From NCBI GenBank assembly GCA_051294905.1, contig CM119378.1:2110001-2174000 (forward strand): DNA of 64,000 bases, written 5' to 3'. The position numbers and the translations under genes are program-made. This document shows positions 63,021 through 64,000 of the stretch, piece by piece. This DNA is from Botryllus schlosseri. Lineage: Eukaryota. Every line of letters begins with the position of its first letter. The first letter of the stretch is position 1. The notes beneath the pieces were generated by a model. The model made no database searches. It was not told the origin of the DNA and saw nothing but the letters and a program-made list of their open reading frames with translations.

Positions 63021-64000
63021 AAAGGAAAAGCGGACATGCGTTGTACAGTCATGATACTATTGTCCGATTTACATTGACAGCATAGCAACCGCGTGTTCAA
63101 ATCATCAGAGATTCTTTCGCTGCTGTCTTGTGCAATCGCAATTCGAGTGGTTCCACCCTGACAGCTGGATAATTCTAATTAAAGTCAAATGACGGTAATC
63201 TAATTCTAATTTAATTTCTAGTTTTCGTGAAAATGCTACAGGAGAACAATAAAGCACGGAATGAGCCAAGCTTGCTGTACAGACATTCGTCATTCTCAGG
63301 AATGAACTATGATTTGATAGCCTATGAACTGAACTTTATTAAATAAACAAGTTATCACGAATACAATAATTCTAATCTAATTTGGAAAAATCTGTGTAGC
63401 TACATTTATAATCTAATTTCGAACAAAAAACTATCTATTATTCTACTTCTAGTCCAATTTGGAAATAACTATATAGCTATAATTCTAACTAATTTAGAAA
63501 GATGAAAATGGTCTAGTTGTCCAAGTGTGTTACCACGTTAGTGTTAAAAGTTGAACCTTAATTTTGTGTTTTGCATTATAATCTCTACATTGTTGCGTTC
63601 TCGCTACCCCGAAACAGTCTTCTGTATAACAGTTGGTTGTAAATTACGCAAATCGAAAGTTTACAGCAATGAATTGTTATCTTCGTAACTGATCTGTGAT
63701 TTGACATGGGCTTGCTATGCTGACGGTGTGAGTTGTTCTAATATTTTCTGAAATTATAGTGCATATATATCGAAAAACGCGTCGGAACTTTCATGTACAA
63801 TACTATTTAAAATATCTAGGGTAGGCTAATTATGATGAATTCTGGCACTGACTTGGACTGCGTGTAGTTAAATTTCTGAAATTCGGTATATGAAGTGCCA
63901 GTTACTGTGGGACGAATATTCTTTTGGTGTGTGTCGTGCTATCCAGCATTTGTTCTGATCTTGTGGTGGACAGTAGTGTAATTGCGTTGATGATGCTTAA

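Overview
AT-rich, intron-containing animal genomic DNA with a dense load of transposons. An invertebrate, possibly an ascidian tunicate, is inferred from gene and repeat style but not proven. Protein-coding content: (1) a 13-finger C2H2 zinc-finger ORF (9929-11038, -); (2) a tandem cluster of intronless, highly divergent 7TM/GPCR-like genes, with three intact copies (35267-36187, 39399-40310, 40950-41861, all -) and one pseudogene (20836-23094) disrupted by a Harbinger-type insertion and two frameshifts; (3) a 14-exon SLC6 transporter (44964-58219, +) of GABA/taurine/creatine type with unusual substitutions at key residues; (4) a SAR1 GTPase with an intronless CDS (62442-63020, +). A ~6 kb segmental duplication (16744-23408 vs 31032-36501) gives filled and empty site pairs for several insertions. 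Mobile DNA includes many hAT-type non-autonomous elements with 8-bp TSDs, a solo LTR, Gypsy and LINE remnants and tRNA-derived SINEs. A short dispersed repeat carries a minimal (Penelope-type) hammerhead ribozyme motif. The top candidates for follow-up are the orphan 7TM cluster (a possible lineage-specific receptor family with a shared upstream motif), the hammerhead repeat, the atypical SLC6 and a ~35-bp hairpin micro-insertion.
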